This document shows, piece after piece, positions 39,001 to 54,000 of a stretch of DNA of 64,000 bases. A program made the translations under genes and the position numbers. The stretch comes from Candidatus Omnitrophota bacterium (GTDB taxonomy: Bacteria > Omnitrophota > Gorgyraeia > Gorgyraeales > Gorgyraeaceae). Under the pieces are notes generated by a model that did no database searches, was not told the origin of the DNA, and saw only the letters and a program-made list of their open reading frames with translations. The DNA lies in NCBI GenBank assembly GCA_030691625.1, contig JAUYDX010000042.1:463-64462 (forward strand), read 5' to 3'. Position 1 is the first letter of the stretch. Each line of letters begins with the position of its first letter.

Positions 39001-42000
39001 AAGGCCTGGGAATCAGAGATAGTCAGGATGGTTGAAAAGGCTGGTTCGCTAGAGGCATTAAAGTATGACGAGGCATCTGACAGCTTTGAATTTGCAAGGG
39101 TCATAAAAGAAGACAATAAAGATGTGGAAAGACAGCTTAAGCTTACCAGGGTCTATGGCCTTAAAGGAGCGGAAAAGAATGTAGAAAAGATAAATGATAA
39201 ACTGATCAAGGCCAGGATGTTCAGCGAGTCGCTTAAGCTGGAAGACGGAGGCGTGATAATACAGGATATTTCAAAGACTTCTTATGAGACAAGGAAAGGC
39301 ATAGATGAGGCATTAAAATACCAGATAAAGCTTACAAGGCTTCTCGGCCTTATAGCCAATGAAGCTGAGTCAGATCCTGCAAGGGCTGTCAGGATGTACA
39401 AGATGCTTTTCTGGGGCAGGGCTGACGTGGAGCTTCCAGCCATAATAAATACATACCTTAAAGATGGAAACGGAGCAGCCCTTAAGATCTTACTGAGCAA
39501 TATACCGGAGAATTTCTCATGGAGCTATTACACCACTATTGACACTAAAAAGGTAAAGATAGGCATAGTATTCCCGCAAAAAGGCCTGGCAAGGGAGAAT
39601 GAAAAAGGCGACAGGTTCTACGGGGATCTAAGGCCTAGCCTTGAAAAGGGTTATAAGGTTTTTGATGTCTATGACCTGCCAAAGGAACAGGCCAATAGAA
39701 AACTTTTATGGACAGAATATCAGGATTCGCTTGGCAGGCGCATAGCGAAACTTAATGGCACAGAGCTTACTATCATAAAGGAATTTGTAATAGGCACCAA
39801 TATCGCCAAAAAGACTGTTACCATAGACTTTGACAGGCGCGATCCGGAGCGCAATTACCTCGCTACAACAAGAGAGCTTGAATGTCAGGATGGGATACCC
39901 GTTATAAACCCAAGAACACCGGGCAGGCTGCATTACACCAGCCACATAAGCGGCGAAGACTTTGATGTGGAAGAATACCTTGATTATAAAGGCAGGCAGG
40001 CTGAGATAGTGAGGTTCGCGGATACCGCTTCCGAGAGGATCATCAGGAATACGCTTTTTGCCCCGTATGGCGAGGATTATATTAGCCTGCAGAGCGAGAC
40101 AGAATATAATGACGCAAGCATTGTCTATATGAGGTTTAAATCTATCCTGCCGGACAAAAGCGTGCTTTACGATGTGTCTGATAATCCTGATTTTGACGCA
40201 CAAAAAGGCCATGTATGGCAGGAAAACTATAGCTCCACAGGCAGGTCTTTAAAAAGCCAGGTGATAGAATTCGCTGCCAAAAATGACATTGCGCCCAAGT
40301 CAGCGGAATTTGAGGCTGTAAAGACGCGCTTAAAGGCCAGTATCCAGACTGAGCTTAATAGAGGCGCTATCGGCAAAGACCGCAACCTCGCCATTATAAT
40401 GAAACTTGCGCCGGCCCTTAACGCAAAGATCGTATCTGAAAACGCCGCGCTTAGTCCGGAAAAAGAAAAGCTTCATACTGTATTGAAAGAAGAGGATATA
40501 GGCGATATAGACGGCTTTGTGAATTATTTATTCGACCAGGATGCTGCAAAAATTAAGGAGAGCGAGGCGAGACGGCTGTTGCATTCCAGATACGCTACTG
40601 TTGTGGCAGATCTGTACTTCAAGGCAGCGATAAGGGCAATAACAGGCCAGAGCGGAGATTATGATTATGAATCTGCGTATGTATATTATAAGCTTTTAAT
40701 AAACGGCGCGTATAGAGGCAGAGCCGAACAAAGGATTGATAGGGGCATAAGAGAGACCATAGCAGAGCTAAGAAAACTGGAAGGACTTAATAAAGATACG
40801 CCAGGGCTGCTCCAGAATAAGGCAGTGCTTTTAAATCAGCTCAGGTCCAGAATGCTCATGACCTCTCCTGAAACCATCTACTGGACTTTCTACGATCTTA
40901 TAAATGACAGGAATATGCAGATACAGTACAGCCCTGAGGATATAATCCGTTACAGGCCAGAAGGCGAAAATATGTTCTTTGAGCTGGTAAAGCTGGAAAG
41001 TTCTCAGCTAAGCCAGGACGGAATGACCATCACCTTTAATAACACGGTTTATTACGCAAGGCTGAGCCTGGAGGAAATAAGAGGGATAGCTAACGGAAAA
41101 GAAATAGCGCCAAAGACCGGAATAAGGCATGAGGTAATGACATATGATAAGAGGTCTGAGAGGATGACCAGGCAGGAGGAGACTGAGAATATAAACGGGA
41201 ATAAGATACCTACAGTGCGGCTCACTGCCTCTACAGGGCTTAAGACAGACCCGCAGTATACATTGAGCCGGGAGGACTTCACTCTCTTAACCAGGCATTA
41301 TTATATCCCTGGAACTAATATAGAGAAATCATTCGAAAAGATAAGGATCGGGCCTGACAATAAGAGGGTTGTCACAGAGCAGGGAGCTGTTGACACAGCA
41401 GGGGATATCGTGAGCCTTAATAGATCCGCTGAAATGCCTATGACAGGCATTATGATATTTGAATTCATGAAGGTGGATAAGGCGAGGTTGAAGATTGATA
41501 ACGCGGTTAAGCTTATAGAGGTCCTGGACGCAAACAATATCCCTGACGGCGCAGAGATATTATTAGAGCGGCATGTGGAATACGGAAAAACAATGGACCC
41601 TGACGGCAGTAACGCGAGGGTAAAAGAAGCTGGTTTAAAATACAAAGATAAGGAATTAAAGCCAGGCATAGACATGAGGACGTTCTGGAAATGGGAGCAG
41701 AGTAATACCAAGATGCAGCCGCTTAAAGAAGGAGAGCCAAACCAGGTAAGGTATAAGGCAAATCAGGAAGTTGTCGAGAAGGATATTCGCGAGCGTGCTG
41801 TTACAAGCGTGCCTCATAAGGTAACAGGCGATAGAACAGAGGATAAGCTTACGCGCGAAGCAGCATTCAATCAGACAAGAGACGCTTATAAAAAGGCAAG
41901 CTTCCTGAATGCAGAAGGCAGGGATTATGCAGACTGGGTGTTTAAGTTTGATATGTCGTGGAGAAATATTATCAACGCGTATCTTGATAAAGACACCTCA

Positions 42001-45000
42001 GCTAAATTCATAGAATTTGTAAAAGAAAAATTCAGGGAGAACCCTGAGGAATTCCTAAGGATATCAGCTTTTAACACATCAGGAACAGCTGTTGAATGGA
42101 AGCAGGCAAACGGGCCGAACGCTTGGGTGGTTATTGCTATAGGTCATGACATAGAGAGAAATGGGGATGCGGATGGGTCAAAGCTTAAGCTCGCAAAGGA
42201 TATAACTGACAGGCTGATTACTACAGGAACAGGATATAAAAATACGCAGGCAGACGGCACCACTATCACAGATGCCATGATAATACCGTTTGAGCGCGGG
42301 TCTAACAGGGCAGCAGTGGAGCACAACATAGATATGTACGTGATATGCAGGTATCTTGGAGCGAAATTAGGAGAAAATGGAGATGGCAAGACGTACCGTG
42401 AGTATGCCAGGAAGATAGCGAATTATTTAAGAGCGCCTGCTGAAAAAGGCGGAGCCATTGTGACCAGGGTTATTGAGGAAAACGGCAGGAAGCGCGTTGA
42501 GACATTCCTGGGCAGGGGCGTGATAGATATATATAATTTTACGAAAAACGGGGATATCTCAGGCGGCAGATTTGATGAAGCAACCAAGAAATGGTTAGAA
42601 GGGACGTTTGACTATAATGTGGCTACAGACGCGCAGGCGTGGATGGCGTCCCTGGCCCAGATTTACAAGGATGATTTCCCGAATCTTGACCCGAGGGGTT
42701 TTGTGAATTTTATTGAGAGGAACTGCGCTGTAACAGTGGATTTTAGAGGCCAAAAAGCAGGCACAGTGGATTACTTTGATTTTGTAGGAAGGATGGAGCA
42801 GATAAGGCTCCTCAATCAGAAAATAAGCGAATGGGAAGGAAGAAAAAGGGATTACTGGTTTGGTACGAATTCCGGCGCCCTCAAAGGAAAAGAACTCCTG
42901 GATGCGGAAGAGAGGTACCTGAAGACGCAAGGCGGCGAATTAGCCCCGTGGGATGTCTTCCAGTTAGAAATAGATAATGCCAAACAGGAAAGAGCCAATC
43001 TCCTTAATGCTTTCAGGCAGAATCCAGCTGCAGCAGTGGAATTTATGACGTACATGATAACAGCGTATTATCATTCTGCTGAAAGGGCAGATGAAATGGC
43101 AGAGGAAGAAAAAGACACTGAGCATAAAGGCGCGGCATATTATAGGAAACAGGCGGAATTCTACGAGAACGAGCGCAATAAATTTATTATAACTGAAAAT
43201 GGAGAAACAGGGCTGGTTTATGCCAACCAGGAAGACCTGGATAAGGACGATAGCAAGGAAAAGACTCCGGCAGTAACCATATCTGCCTCATCCACAGCAG
43301 CCGCTGCAGCGGGTAAATATATAGAGCATATAGATCCGCAGACAAAGGTTAAGAAGGTGTTCGACCCATTCAGGATACAAGGCAATAAACTAAGACAGGA
43401 AACTCCTGCAAAACCTGCTGAACCAAAGGAAGAGTCAAAAGACAAAAAAATAAGAATATCAGGCGGAGCTCCTTTAATGATGGGGATGAATCTGGCTCTC
43501 CTGGAGGATGTAAAAGATGCGTGGGAATGGGCGCGCAACAATACATTTATCGGAAAGATATTTGGAAGGGCTGTAAAGAGCGAAGAGGTTATTGTACCTG
43601 CTGTAGAAATAGGCCAGGTGCTTCCTGTGGTAAGTTATTACGGCGAGACTCTGGCGTATACATTTGACGTATCAGGAAGGATCTTGAGAGATATCCTGTT
43701 GAACAAAGATAAAGAAGAATCGCAGAGACTCCTTGATTTTATGTTCTCAAGAGAAAAAACTGAGAAGGTATCAGGGTTATGGCCAAGCGCCTTTGATATT
43801 AAATACGGCAGGATGCAGGAAAATAATGATCCTGGTGGTCCTGCGAGCTGGATGATAAGGGCCAGGATGGCTGACATAGAGGCGAATGGGGATACCGCTG
43901 GCAATCAAAAACTTTCACAGATTGTAGATTACGCTGACAGGCTTCTGAATGGCATGATGGTGAAATATGAAGTAAATGGCAAAAGATTAGGGTTCTTAGT
44001 TACAGGCCCAGGCGCCATAGGGGTTTCTAACGAACATAATATAGACCATTTTACAGTATTTGAATATTTAGGGAGAAAGATAACAGGCGCTGACGGAGAC
44101 AGATTCAGGGACGCTGTCAGGAGGCTCGGTAATTACTTTGATACGCCTGTAAGCCAGGGCGGGGCATTGAGAGAAGACGGGGTATATAAAGGGATACCCA
44201 TAAGCAGTATCTCAGATATTAATATGTTTATCAGCGGGAAAGATAATAAAGGGAATAATATTGACAGGGAAAAGCTGGTAGGTAAGGAGATATATACTGA
44301 TGTCCTGGGCTGGGGCGCTTCCATAGCAGAGCAATATTCAACTTATTTTACCAACTTAGATCCGAGAAAGCTTGTAGATTTCGCGCTTGATGCGAGGAAC
44401 GGTATATTGGTGACTGTTTCAAGAGGCACCAGGATAAATGGCATTGAACTTACCAGCGATACACAGGGTTTTGATTTTACTGATACAAGAGGCAGGGAAG
44501 GTATCAGCAGTCAGTGGAAGGTCAAGAGGGCCCCGATGATAAGCAGTGAATGGACGGTATATATGCTTAGCGCCCTGGAGTATGCTGCCAGGGCCGCAGA
44601 CAGGGCAGGGGATAATGTCAATGCCCAGAGATACCGCGCTGAAGAAACGCGCTTAAGACAGCATCTGGAAAAACTCAGGATAAAGATAGGAGACAAGGAA
44701 GGCCTTGTATACGCTACAGCGAATGATGTCCAGAAGATAAATATAGGAGGGACTGAAAATAAGACCATCCAAAACTGCGTAAATTCCATTGCCATGGCGC
44801 CTACTTCAGCTTGGGAATTATATACAAATGGCAAGGATATATTGCAAAGGATAGAGATTACAAAAGGCGCTGTCTCAAGCCTTGTAAAGACGCTCAATAC
44901 ATCTTCAAGCCCTACCAGTCTTCAAGATTTTATACTGCTTTCACAGCATGGAGACGCTTCCAGGTACCTTGATTTTACAAAGGTTACGCCAAGGCCTAAT

Positions 45001-48000
45001 ACAGATGGCACCATAAGCTTTATGAGAGACGGCATGGAACTCGCTAAGCTTAAGACAAACGGCATATTAATAGTCAGGCAGTATGATGAGGCAAAAAGAG
45101 AGGAGATATATAAAGAGGCATGGACAGGATGCAGGATATTAAAAGACAGAAATGGCCGCGATTATATCGATATAGGAGTAAAGAGCAAGAAATACAGGCC
45201 AGCGGAACTAATGCTGGATGACTCCATAGCCAGCTACATAAGAGATAAAGGAACCAGATTTATTAGAGGCAATTCAACTGTTAAAGAAAACTGGCTTTTT
45301 GAAGATCAGGCTGATTATGAAAGTTTGAGGAATGCCTTGCAAAATAAGACTAGAGCTATTTATGTGGAAGAATCTGCGACTTCAGGCAAGCCTGGAAAGG
45401 TTAATTTATTCGTCAATAAAGATGCCATTATTCCTAGAGGCAGTTTTATAGGGAACAGTCTATCTCTCCTGAGGCCTATGGAAAGGAGCCAGGCATGGAT
45501 GTCAATGGGCCAGGGATTTGAGGAAAAGGTCAGGAGTAATATAAGGTCTAAAGGCGTTGAGGTATTTAACAGTCAGGAAAAGGCCCTGGGTTTCATAAAT
45601 AAGCTGGATAACGCGATAACCACCGCTACTCTTGAGTTTAATATGCTCCAGTCGTTTAGCGCGCCTCAAGCTTATATAGGCTTTACATATGCTGATAAGT
45701 CAGGCAGGGAATCCCAGCTTGGCAGGCTCCAGGCAGGGAATCTTGCCATTACAGCAGAGCTTGTCCAGCTGGATCTAAATAACAAGGTTATTTACGAGCA
45801 TCCAAGGTTAAAAGAAATCATAGGGTATTCCAATAGTCAGAGCGTATTAGATAGCCTTGTGGGGCAGGAAAAAGGCAAACCATTTAAACAAGATAGCGAT
45901 TTAGAGACATGGATGGCTAGATTAGATTCGCGTAAAAATGTAACAGCCTTTACCAATTTTATCTTATCCAACAATGGCGCAGGGGACATGCTCAGGCACA
46001 AGACATCAACAATGGTGTATCATGGCTATTCTGAGGCGCTTCGCTTTGATAAAAACGGCTTTAGCTTTACAGATACATCAAATACCACTCATACCTTTAA
46101 ATACAGGGATAGCGCTGTCAGGACATATATAGCCAAGTCATGGATTTCCCCTGATGGCATACCTACTATTATGAATGTTAATACCCATCGCATCTGGCAG
46201 GAGCTCAGGGATGAATATGACAGGCCAAAACTTATATTTAACGGCGAACTGAATCCTGACGGGACATTTGGCCAGGAGTCAGTGACCATAAACTGCTATA
46301 AGGCGAATGAGTCAGAAGACCCTGATAATATTTATACCCAGATCCAGCTTGACAGGGCTAGGATAGATATTGACAGGCCTGAGTTTACCGCGCAGGAGAT
46401 ACAATCGCTGATAAATAACAGGACTCTGATAGCCAGGTCTCTAAAGTTATCAGAAAACCTGGAAGACAGCACTGTACTGTATGAAAAGCACAACTATTCC
46501 TATGACAGGTACAATAGATTCGCAGACGCTGTTTCTAATGAGCTGGTGGAAAGCAGCGCGAGGAAAGACGGCAGGATGCTGGAGAAGGCTTTTCCGGATG
46601 GCGCGCGGGATGTGTCTATATACAGCGATCTTGTGCTTTCAGATATCGGCATCCCAAAGATGACAGTAAGGTTTGTGGATGTGCCTGCTGCTGAAAGGCC
46701 TGCGGAGAAAGGCATATCAGAAGTTTCAGTGGCAACAAATCTGGACACAACCACAGGCAGTCTCAGGATCACAAAATTGAAATTAATGCCGGATAAAGGC
46801 ATTGTTTTTGACAAGCAGGGATTTGAGCGGGACGGGTTTGTGAAGCCTGTATTTTCCAGCCATATCATGGGGCTTCAGGAGGAGATAAAGAACAATAAAG
46901 GCCAGGGCGTAATAACCCTGCTCGGCTATCCTTCAATGGAAGTGAATGAGGCCGGAGAGCCCTTGACCGCCCCAAGATTAGCGGCGTTTTCTGATTTTGA
47001 CGCCTTTAATACGCTTAAAAACAGCTATACATTTAAAGTGGAATTAGATAAAGATGGGAAGCCGATTACAAACCCCGGCATATATATGCGGGGTAACAGC
47101 CTTGAAAACGGCTCATGGCTCAGCAAGCTGAATGATCTGCAGTTAGATATTAAAGGTATTTTTACTTATTACTTTTACGATAATCAGACAGCCAATAGAT
47201 ATGTGTATCTTAGATATGACGGCGGTATCAGCAAAGAGTATTTTGAGCCTAATAAGATATATCAGGGATATTCTAAAACTAATACCTATGACGCGTTTTC
47301 TCTTCCGGAAAAAGCCTATTATTCGAAAGATATATTCCCTAACCGCATTTCAGATTTTACAAAGTTTGGCAAGGATGATTTGTTTGCCCCTCCGTCTAAA
47401 TCCGGCGCAGATTTTAATTATGATAATGTAATATTTACGCGTTATCCAGGATGGGTCTTATCAGTTGAGATGCCGACAAATGGCAGTATTTCTTTTTCTG
47501 AGGACAACCCGTTTGACAGCCTGGAAAAGGCAAAAAGACTGCCATATGACGCTACCTTGAGCTTTAATGGGTTTGTCATAGCCCAGGCCGCAAACCATAA
47601 GGTGAGGCACCTGAAAGACGTGAAGGATGTAAGCCAGGAGATGAATATTACAGACAAATGGTCAGAGGATGCCAGGTCCAATAATCTATTCACCAATTTA
47701 GGGATGTGGGGGGATCAGTTTATCGCTAAGATCACGATCCCTGTGATCGGGACGATTGTAGCTGCTGTCTTATTAGGGGTTTTCGGAAAAAGATTTTTTA
47801 GAAAAGCAGGCATTGTTATAGGCGCCCTGGTCTTAGTGAACCTGTTCGGCCATCCTCTGAATATTATTTTTATGGCGCTTGGCATTGGCACCGCTGTTCT
47901 TGGGATATCAATGGCGGTAGAAACTATTATAGGCAAACGCCTGGCCAGGGGCATTGAAATAGGCGTTGGCGTATTATCCGGCACAGGCCTTGTTTTTTCT

Positions 48001-51000
48001 ATCTTCACTTCTTCCTATGGTTTACTGGCGTTTTTTGCGGCTATAGGGGTGATGCTGTGCATCACGCCTATAATAAAATCTATATTTGTGAAAAACACGA
48101 ATGAAGGCGGATATGAGAATCTGGAAAAATGGGATAAGTTGAAACCCAGGCTTTCTGAATTGATAGGCCATGTTTTTGGGATATGGAAGTGGAAAATGGC
48201 AAAGGTTATTGCTATCTCGAGCCTGGCTATAATATCTGTAATATTGTGGCCGTCATGGATGACAGTTGTGGTGATGGCAGGCATAGCTCTGACTGTTAAG
48301 ATATTAAAAGGCATCTTAGATAGCAGTGACAGGAGATCCTCTTTATGGAAGCTTGGGATATTTGGGGTTATCATAGCGCTTGATGCCCTGATAGTGTATT
48401 TCGCACCTTCTTTAAGGGAAAGCCTGATTAATATAGCCACAGAGTTATTAAGGGATCCATTAAGCTTTATAGGCGCATTGACAGCAGGGATAACAGGATT
48501 ATTATTCAAAGTTAAACCCAAGGCCGGCAAGCAGGTAAATATAAATATAGCCGGAGTTGGAGAATTGGAAAATTTGCTTTCTATGGCAAAAGGGCTTGAC
48601 AGAAATCAGGCAAGAAAACTGGCTGAAAAGATCATAGTCCATCAAGTTATATGCGGCCCGCTCGCGCTTCAGGGTATTGATACAAGGCAGTATCTGTCTC
48701 TTATTTTTGGGGAGAACGACGCCAGGATCATATCAGGGCTTATTGAAAAAGGATTGATTGTTACGCAGATTGAGGAAGGCCATGATTTTTATGATGACAT
48801 GGAAGCGCCTCCGCTTGATAAACTCATAGATTATTTGAACAATACAGCGCAGACATCTCAGGGAACATCAGATTACCCTGTATTTATAGCTATAAAGGAT
48901 ATACTTGATAAGAATCCGGATATAAGAGGGGCACTCTTGGAATCGCTTAAGGAACTTCCGCACAGAGATAAGAAAGCTATGGCATGGAAAGAGGCATTTA
49001 CAGGCGCTGTAATATTAGCGGAACAAAAGGCATTAGATAGATTGAAAAACGCGAAAGATAGTGACGAGATAAAGGATATATTAGATTCCCTTCCAATGAC
49101 AAGCCAGTCTATTATGTTTAAACGAGTTATTAAATTGATCGAAGAAAGAAAAGGACTGTTTAAAGAAAACAAGCAGCCTTTGGATATGAAGATAATCAAA
49201 GGATTGGCTGAAACCAAGATTAATTTTACAATCTTTACAAGGGCATTGGTAAGAAGGCACCTTGAAGAAAAAATAGAGGCCATCCTGAAAGAGCTCCTTT
49301 GCTCTGATGATAAGCTGGAGGCAAAGGTAAAAGACGATATTTTAGATTATGTGATTAATGACATAGAATCTGATTTATACAGGAATCCTGATGCGCTAAG
49401 CGGAGATGAAAATATAAAACTCCGCTCGGCATCTAAAATACTTATGGCTGAAAACCTGAAGGAAAGGGTCATCATCCAGTTCCTGAGGCTTCCGCTGTCT
49501 CGTACAAAATGGCATTCTTTCGGACAGATGTCGCTTCTTGTAACAGCATTGCCTTATGTAGCCAGGAAAGCGGCTGATATCCTTAATGATAAAGATGCCA
49601 GCCTTTCTAATAATGATAAAAGCATTAAAACTTTAGGATTCATACGTAACTGCGTGAATTTCCTTATACCATTTATGCTTGGCCAGGATTCAGCGTTCAG
49701 ACAGACCACTACAAGGGCGCCTGACGCGGAAAGAAACAGATACCTGGATGAATTGTTCCTGGAAGGAGATGTCAATGACTTATTTGCCAGACTTACCCAG
49801 GAAGGCATAGACCTTAGAGATAAAGGTCAAGTAAAAGAATATTTTGAGAATACCCTTAAGATATTAAGAGAGATAGGGGATATGTATGATATCCCTGGTT
49901 TAAAGGAGAATCCGCAGGAGGATTTCATCGGCAAATTATGCCAGGCTGTTGAAGAGATATACAGGGATAGAGACGAGGATATTTTTATAGAGTTTGGCAA
50001 GGCGCTTAAAGAGGACACATTCAGGCTCACAGCTAAAAAATACCCCGGGCTTGAGAGGAAATTAGTCGGCAAGACAGGGGTAATCGAATTATTTAAAAGA
50101 ATAGCCGTGCCTTTTACCGCCGCAGGTTCTTTCTTTGGCATAGAAGGAGCGAGGCAATGGTCAAAGGTCGCTGGCCTGCACCTGCTCCTGGTATTTACAG
50201 GCACAGTTCTGGTGCCTTATGCCGTAACCAGCGTATTTGCCCCGTTATCCTTTGTTTTTATAATAAATTCCATAGTACTGCCGTTCCTGGTATTAGGAAA
50301 GGCGGATATCAAGGCAAAGATATTCTGGATATTTGTTTTTGAGACCTTCAGCGTCTTCTACTTTGGTTTTCTCTTTGACATGATTATAGCAAGCGCCCTG
50401 CCAAAGATCGGATACTGGTTCAGCCTTGGCACAGCCATAACGCTTTTTATCTTTTTAGGGATAGGTCTGCCCACATTCCTCACCAGCTATTACCTGGCGC
50501 TGCAGGGAAAGATGAAGCGCGCATATGGGTCAGACCTGTGGAGCAAGACAGCAAAGGATATAATAGGGAAACGCGCTTGGACAGAAAATTTCATGGGGAT
50601 TAACTGGGAAAAGACCTTCAAAGACTGGATTGAAGAGTTTTTCAAAGTGGAAGACGAGAGAGGCCCTATACTTCCTCAAGGGGAAAGCGTGAGCGAATAC
50701 CTGGAAAGGCTCCTGGAGAGGATGCGGTCTAAGTGGCTGATAAGCAAAGATGAATATGATGCCTGGAAAAAAGCAGTTACATCAGGCGGCAAGGAAGGGG
50801 CATTTAAAAAGCCAGCTGATGAAAGGGCCATGGAAATGCTTCATGAGACATTCATGACTATCAGCATGAAAAAGCCCAACGTGGACGCGCTTATGCGGCT
50901 TTCCGCCATTACAAATGATGTGCATCCAGCAGGAGAGGATTTCTGGCTGAGCTGGGAAAAGACAGCCAGACTTGGCACTTTTGACCCTATCAGCAAGTCG

Positions 51001-54000
51001 GAGACCGGGGCAAAGGATGCTGAAAAAGATAAAATGCAGGAAACATGCATGCTTGGCTATATTGCAAGGAATAACAGTCCATCATGGGAGAACAGCGTTG
51101 ATTATATAACTGATAAGATACAGGAAAGATTTAATGTCGTACCTGATGAAAAGAAAGATAAGATAAAAGAATACCTTAAAATTTTAAGGGGCATGACAGA
51201 GACTACGGATGTGTATAACTCTCTTTCCGGTATTGGCGACCCAAAAACCGAATTGATCATAATTAAGACAGTGGAGACATGGATAAATGAGATGATCCCA
51301 AGGGATTTCGGGGTTGTGGAGTCATTTTATAATGACACGATAGAGATGCACCTTTATATAGCCAGCCAGTTAGGGGATTGGGCATATTGGAAAGAGGTAA
51401 GACAGGCTGTGATGAAAGATGATTTTATTTCTTTGAGAGATTATTTTGAGAAAAAAGGCGATGAAAAATTAAAAAGGACTTTTTATGCTTATGATGAGAT
51501 AGCAGAGTCAAAAGTCCAGAATATATATCATGATGTCAGCATGTGGGCAGGGGATGGTGCGGAGATGCAAATTGACGAGGATAAGAAGGTGTTCAAAGAT
51601 TATAAGAGTGTGGATTATTTCATAGAGGTAATGCGCGGGTTGGCAGATAAGGACAAAAAACTGGCAGATGACATAGAGGCGGTTATAAATAAAGCTGATA
51701 AAGAAACAATGGGGAAGGATGAAAGAGATATATTGATGGGCTATAAGAAATTTGAGCCTATAGAATGGGCTGAGAAATTTATTGAACTGCGCGAAAGGTC
51801 TTTGCCAGACCTTATCGCGCTTAAGATAGATGATGAGGATTTCTGGAGCGCCTTTGATAAGCTTTACCAGAGGGCTAAGATGTTCGCAACCTGCAGTAAA
51901 TTTGATGTGGATGTGCCTTTGTTTAATAAGAGGGACAGCCTTATACCTCAGAAAAACCCCGCGATAGCAAGCTACAGATGGAAGATATTCGGAAAGACCA
52001 GCGGCCATGACTCATTTGTGAGGATATACCCGGGCCAGAATCCCTGGACATTGAACCTTCTTACCCTTCAGGGCAGAAACCTGGACATAGCCTGTGTCCT
52101 GCCGCCTATAAAGATAGCGTCTAAAGGCAGGTATTTCCCCACAACATATACATACGCTGTCGGCCAGGAGGCATTTACCTATGTGGTCCAGCCAGCGTGG
52201 AAAGGATATCTGACCTATTACGGGAAAGGCGTCGCAACGCCTGAGATCATAATGCTTTTCCAGACCCCAGGAGAAGACTCAGCCAGTTTCATGATGATTA
52301 AGAAATATTACCCTGAATTTATTTCAGAAAACCGCAGTTACAGAAAGCTTGAATGGGGCAGGCCTACCTTTGTGAGCACAGTGGCTTCAACAGAATTGAG
52401 ATACGCATATAATGTCGCCAGGTATTTTATGGATTATTCCACATACCAGATATTTTTTGACAAAAAAATAGGTTATGACACCAAGTTAGCGTTTTTAGTA
52501 TTCTTCATGCATTATCTTGTGGCGCCTTTTGTCATCCTGTCGTCTTTTTCCCTTATCTTACTGACCCTTGGCAGCGCCTACGCGTTTTTACCTGTGTTAT
52601 TGTTCGCGATTATAAATACCGCAAGCTCGCAGTTCATTAACCTCTCCAATTTCTCGCGCTATATGGTGCAGACAGGAAGCGCCGGCCAGGCAATTAAGAT
52701 GACATTCAAGGATATCTTGTCCGGATTCTCCATGTGGGTATTCATGTTCCCGCTTTTCTTCCAGGGCCTGTGGAACGCCTCAAATGAGGTGTATTCCTAT
52801 ATCAGGACAGAAAAGAAGGTGGCGCTATCTGAGTTCAGGGAGAACAGCGATGAGCAGATCTATGTAAAGGCGATGAAATGGGGCGCTATATATGGATGGC
52901 TGGGGATCATCGCGATAGCTATCCTGGTGGCTGAGGCAGGCCTTATCGGCTCTATATTCGCGCCTTTTATCATGGGCCTTTATATCCTTTCTGTAAACGC
53001 GTGGGTTTCAGGGATATTGAGTTACAGTAAGTATGAGGAAAAGGAGGAGGCAGGGAAGATATTGCAAGTCAGGTTAAAAGGATTTTCAGCAGGGAGTTTC
53101 TTTATAAAAGGTATTTCTTTTACCTTTATAAAAATCTCCAGGGATCTATGGGGCGCGTTCTTAGACTGGGCATTGTCCATGCTTAAAAGGAGCCTGCCAC
53201 CTAAATTGTCTTATACAGGCGACGCGAGAAATGAAAAGTTAGCTAATAAAGCGATAGAGGACGCTGAAAAAGAGGATAAGGTGCTGGATGCTGAAGAGGA
53301 ATCCATAGAGATAAATCTGCCGCAAGGAGAAAAGAAAGAAGTAGATATCAGGGTCAAGGATGTTATAGATACATCGTATCTCTGGAGAGGAAGAGGAGCG
53401 AACAGGACTCACTGGGAATATCTGGATGTCATTAACGGGATTATTTATATATCTGACAGCTCTTATGAATATGAAGGCCTAAGGGAGTTGATACTTGGTC
53501 AGGCCGCAGCTGAACTATACATGTGGAGGCAAAAGGCAATAGAGCTGGCAGGTTACCATGATAAAACGTGGGACAATCTGGCTGGTAGAGAGAAGAATAA
53601 GGCCATGAAGCGCCTCAGAGACTGGCAACTGCGCAATCCAGAAGCTGCGGCAAATTACGGCAGACACTGCAAGGAAGAGGCAGATAAGATCTATCAGCCG
53701 CTTATAAGGTCGCTTCTTGAAAAATATCATGAAGCTACCAGGCAGGATGAGGAGGAATTAATAAAAGGCCTTGTCATAATAAGCTTCGCAGGCAAGTATG
53801 TTAATATAAAACATTATGTGGACATGGCAGTTAGAGATATTATCCCTGAAAAGCAAGCATGGCCTGACCTTACTGATGATGAGAAGATATCTATCCTGGA
53901 ATATTATACTGATAAGGTGATAAGAATATCAAAAGGCATGAATCGCATATCATGGGATGAATGGAGCGATCTTCCAGGCGCAGAGAAATTAAAATGGGCT

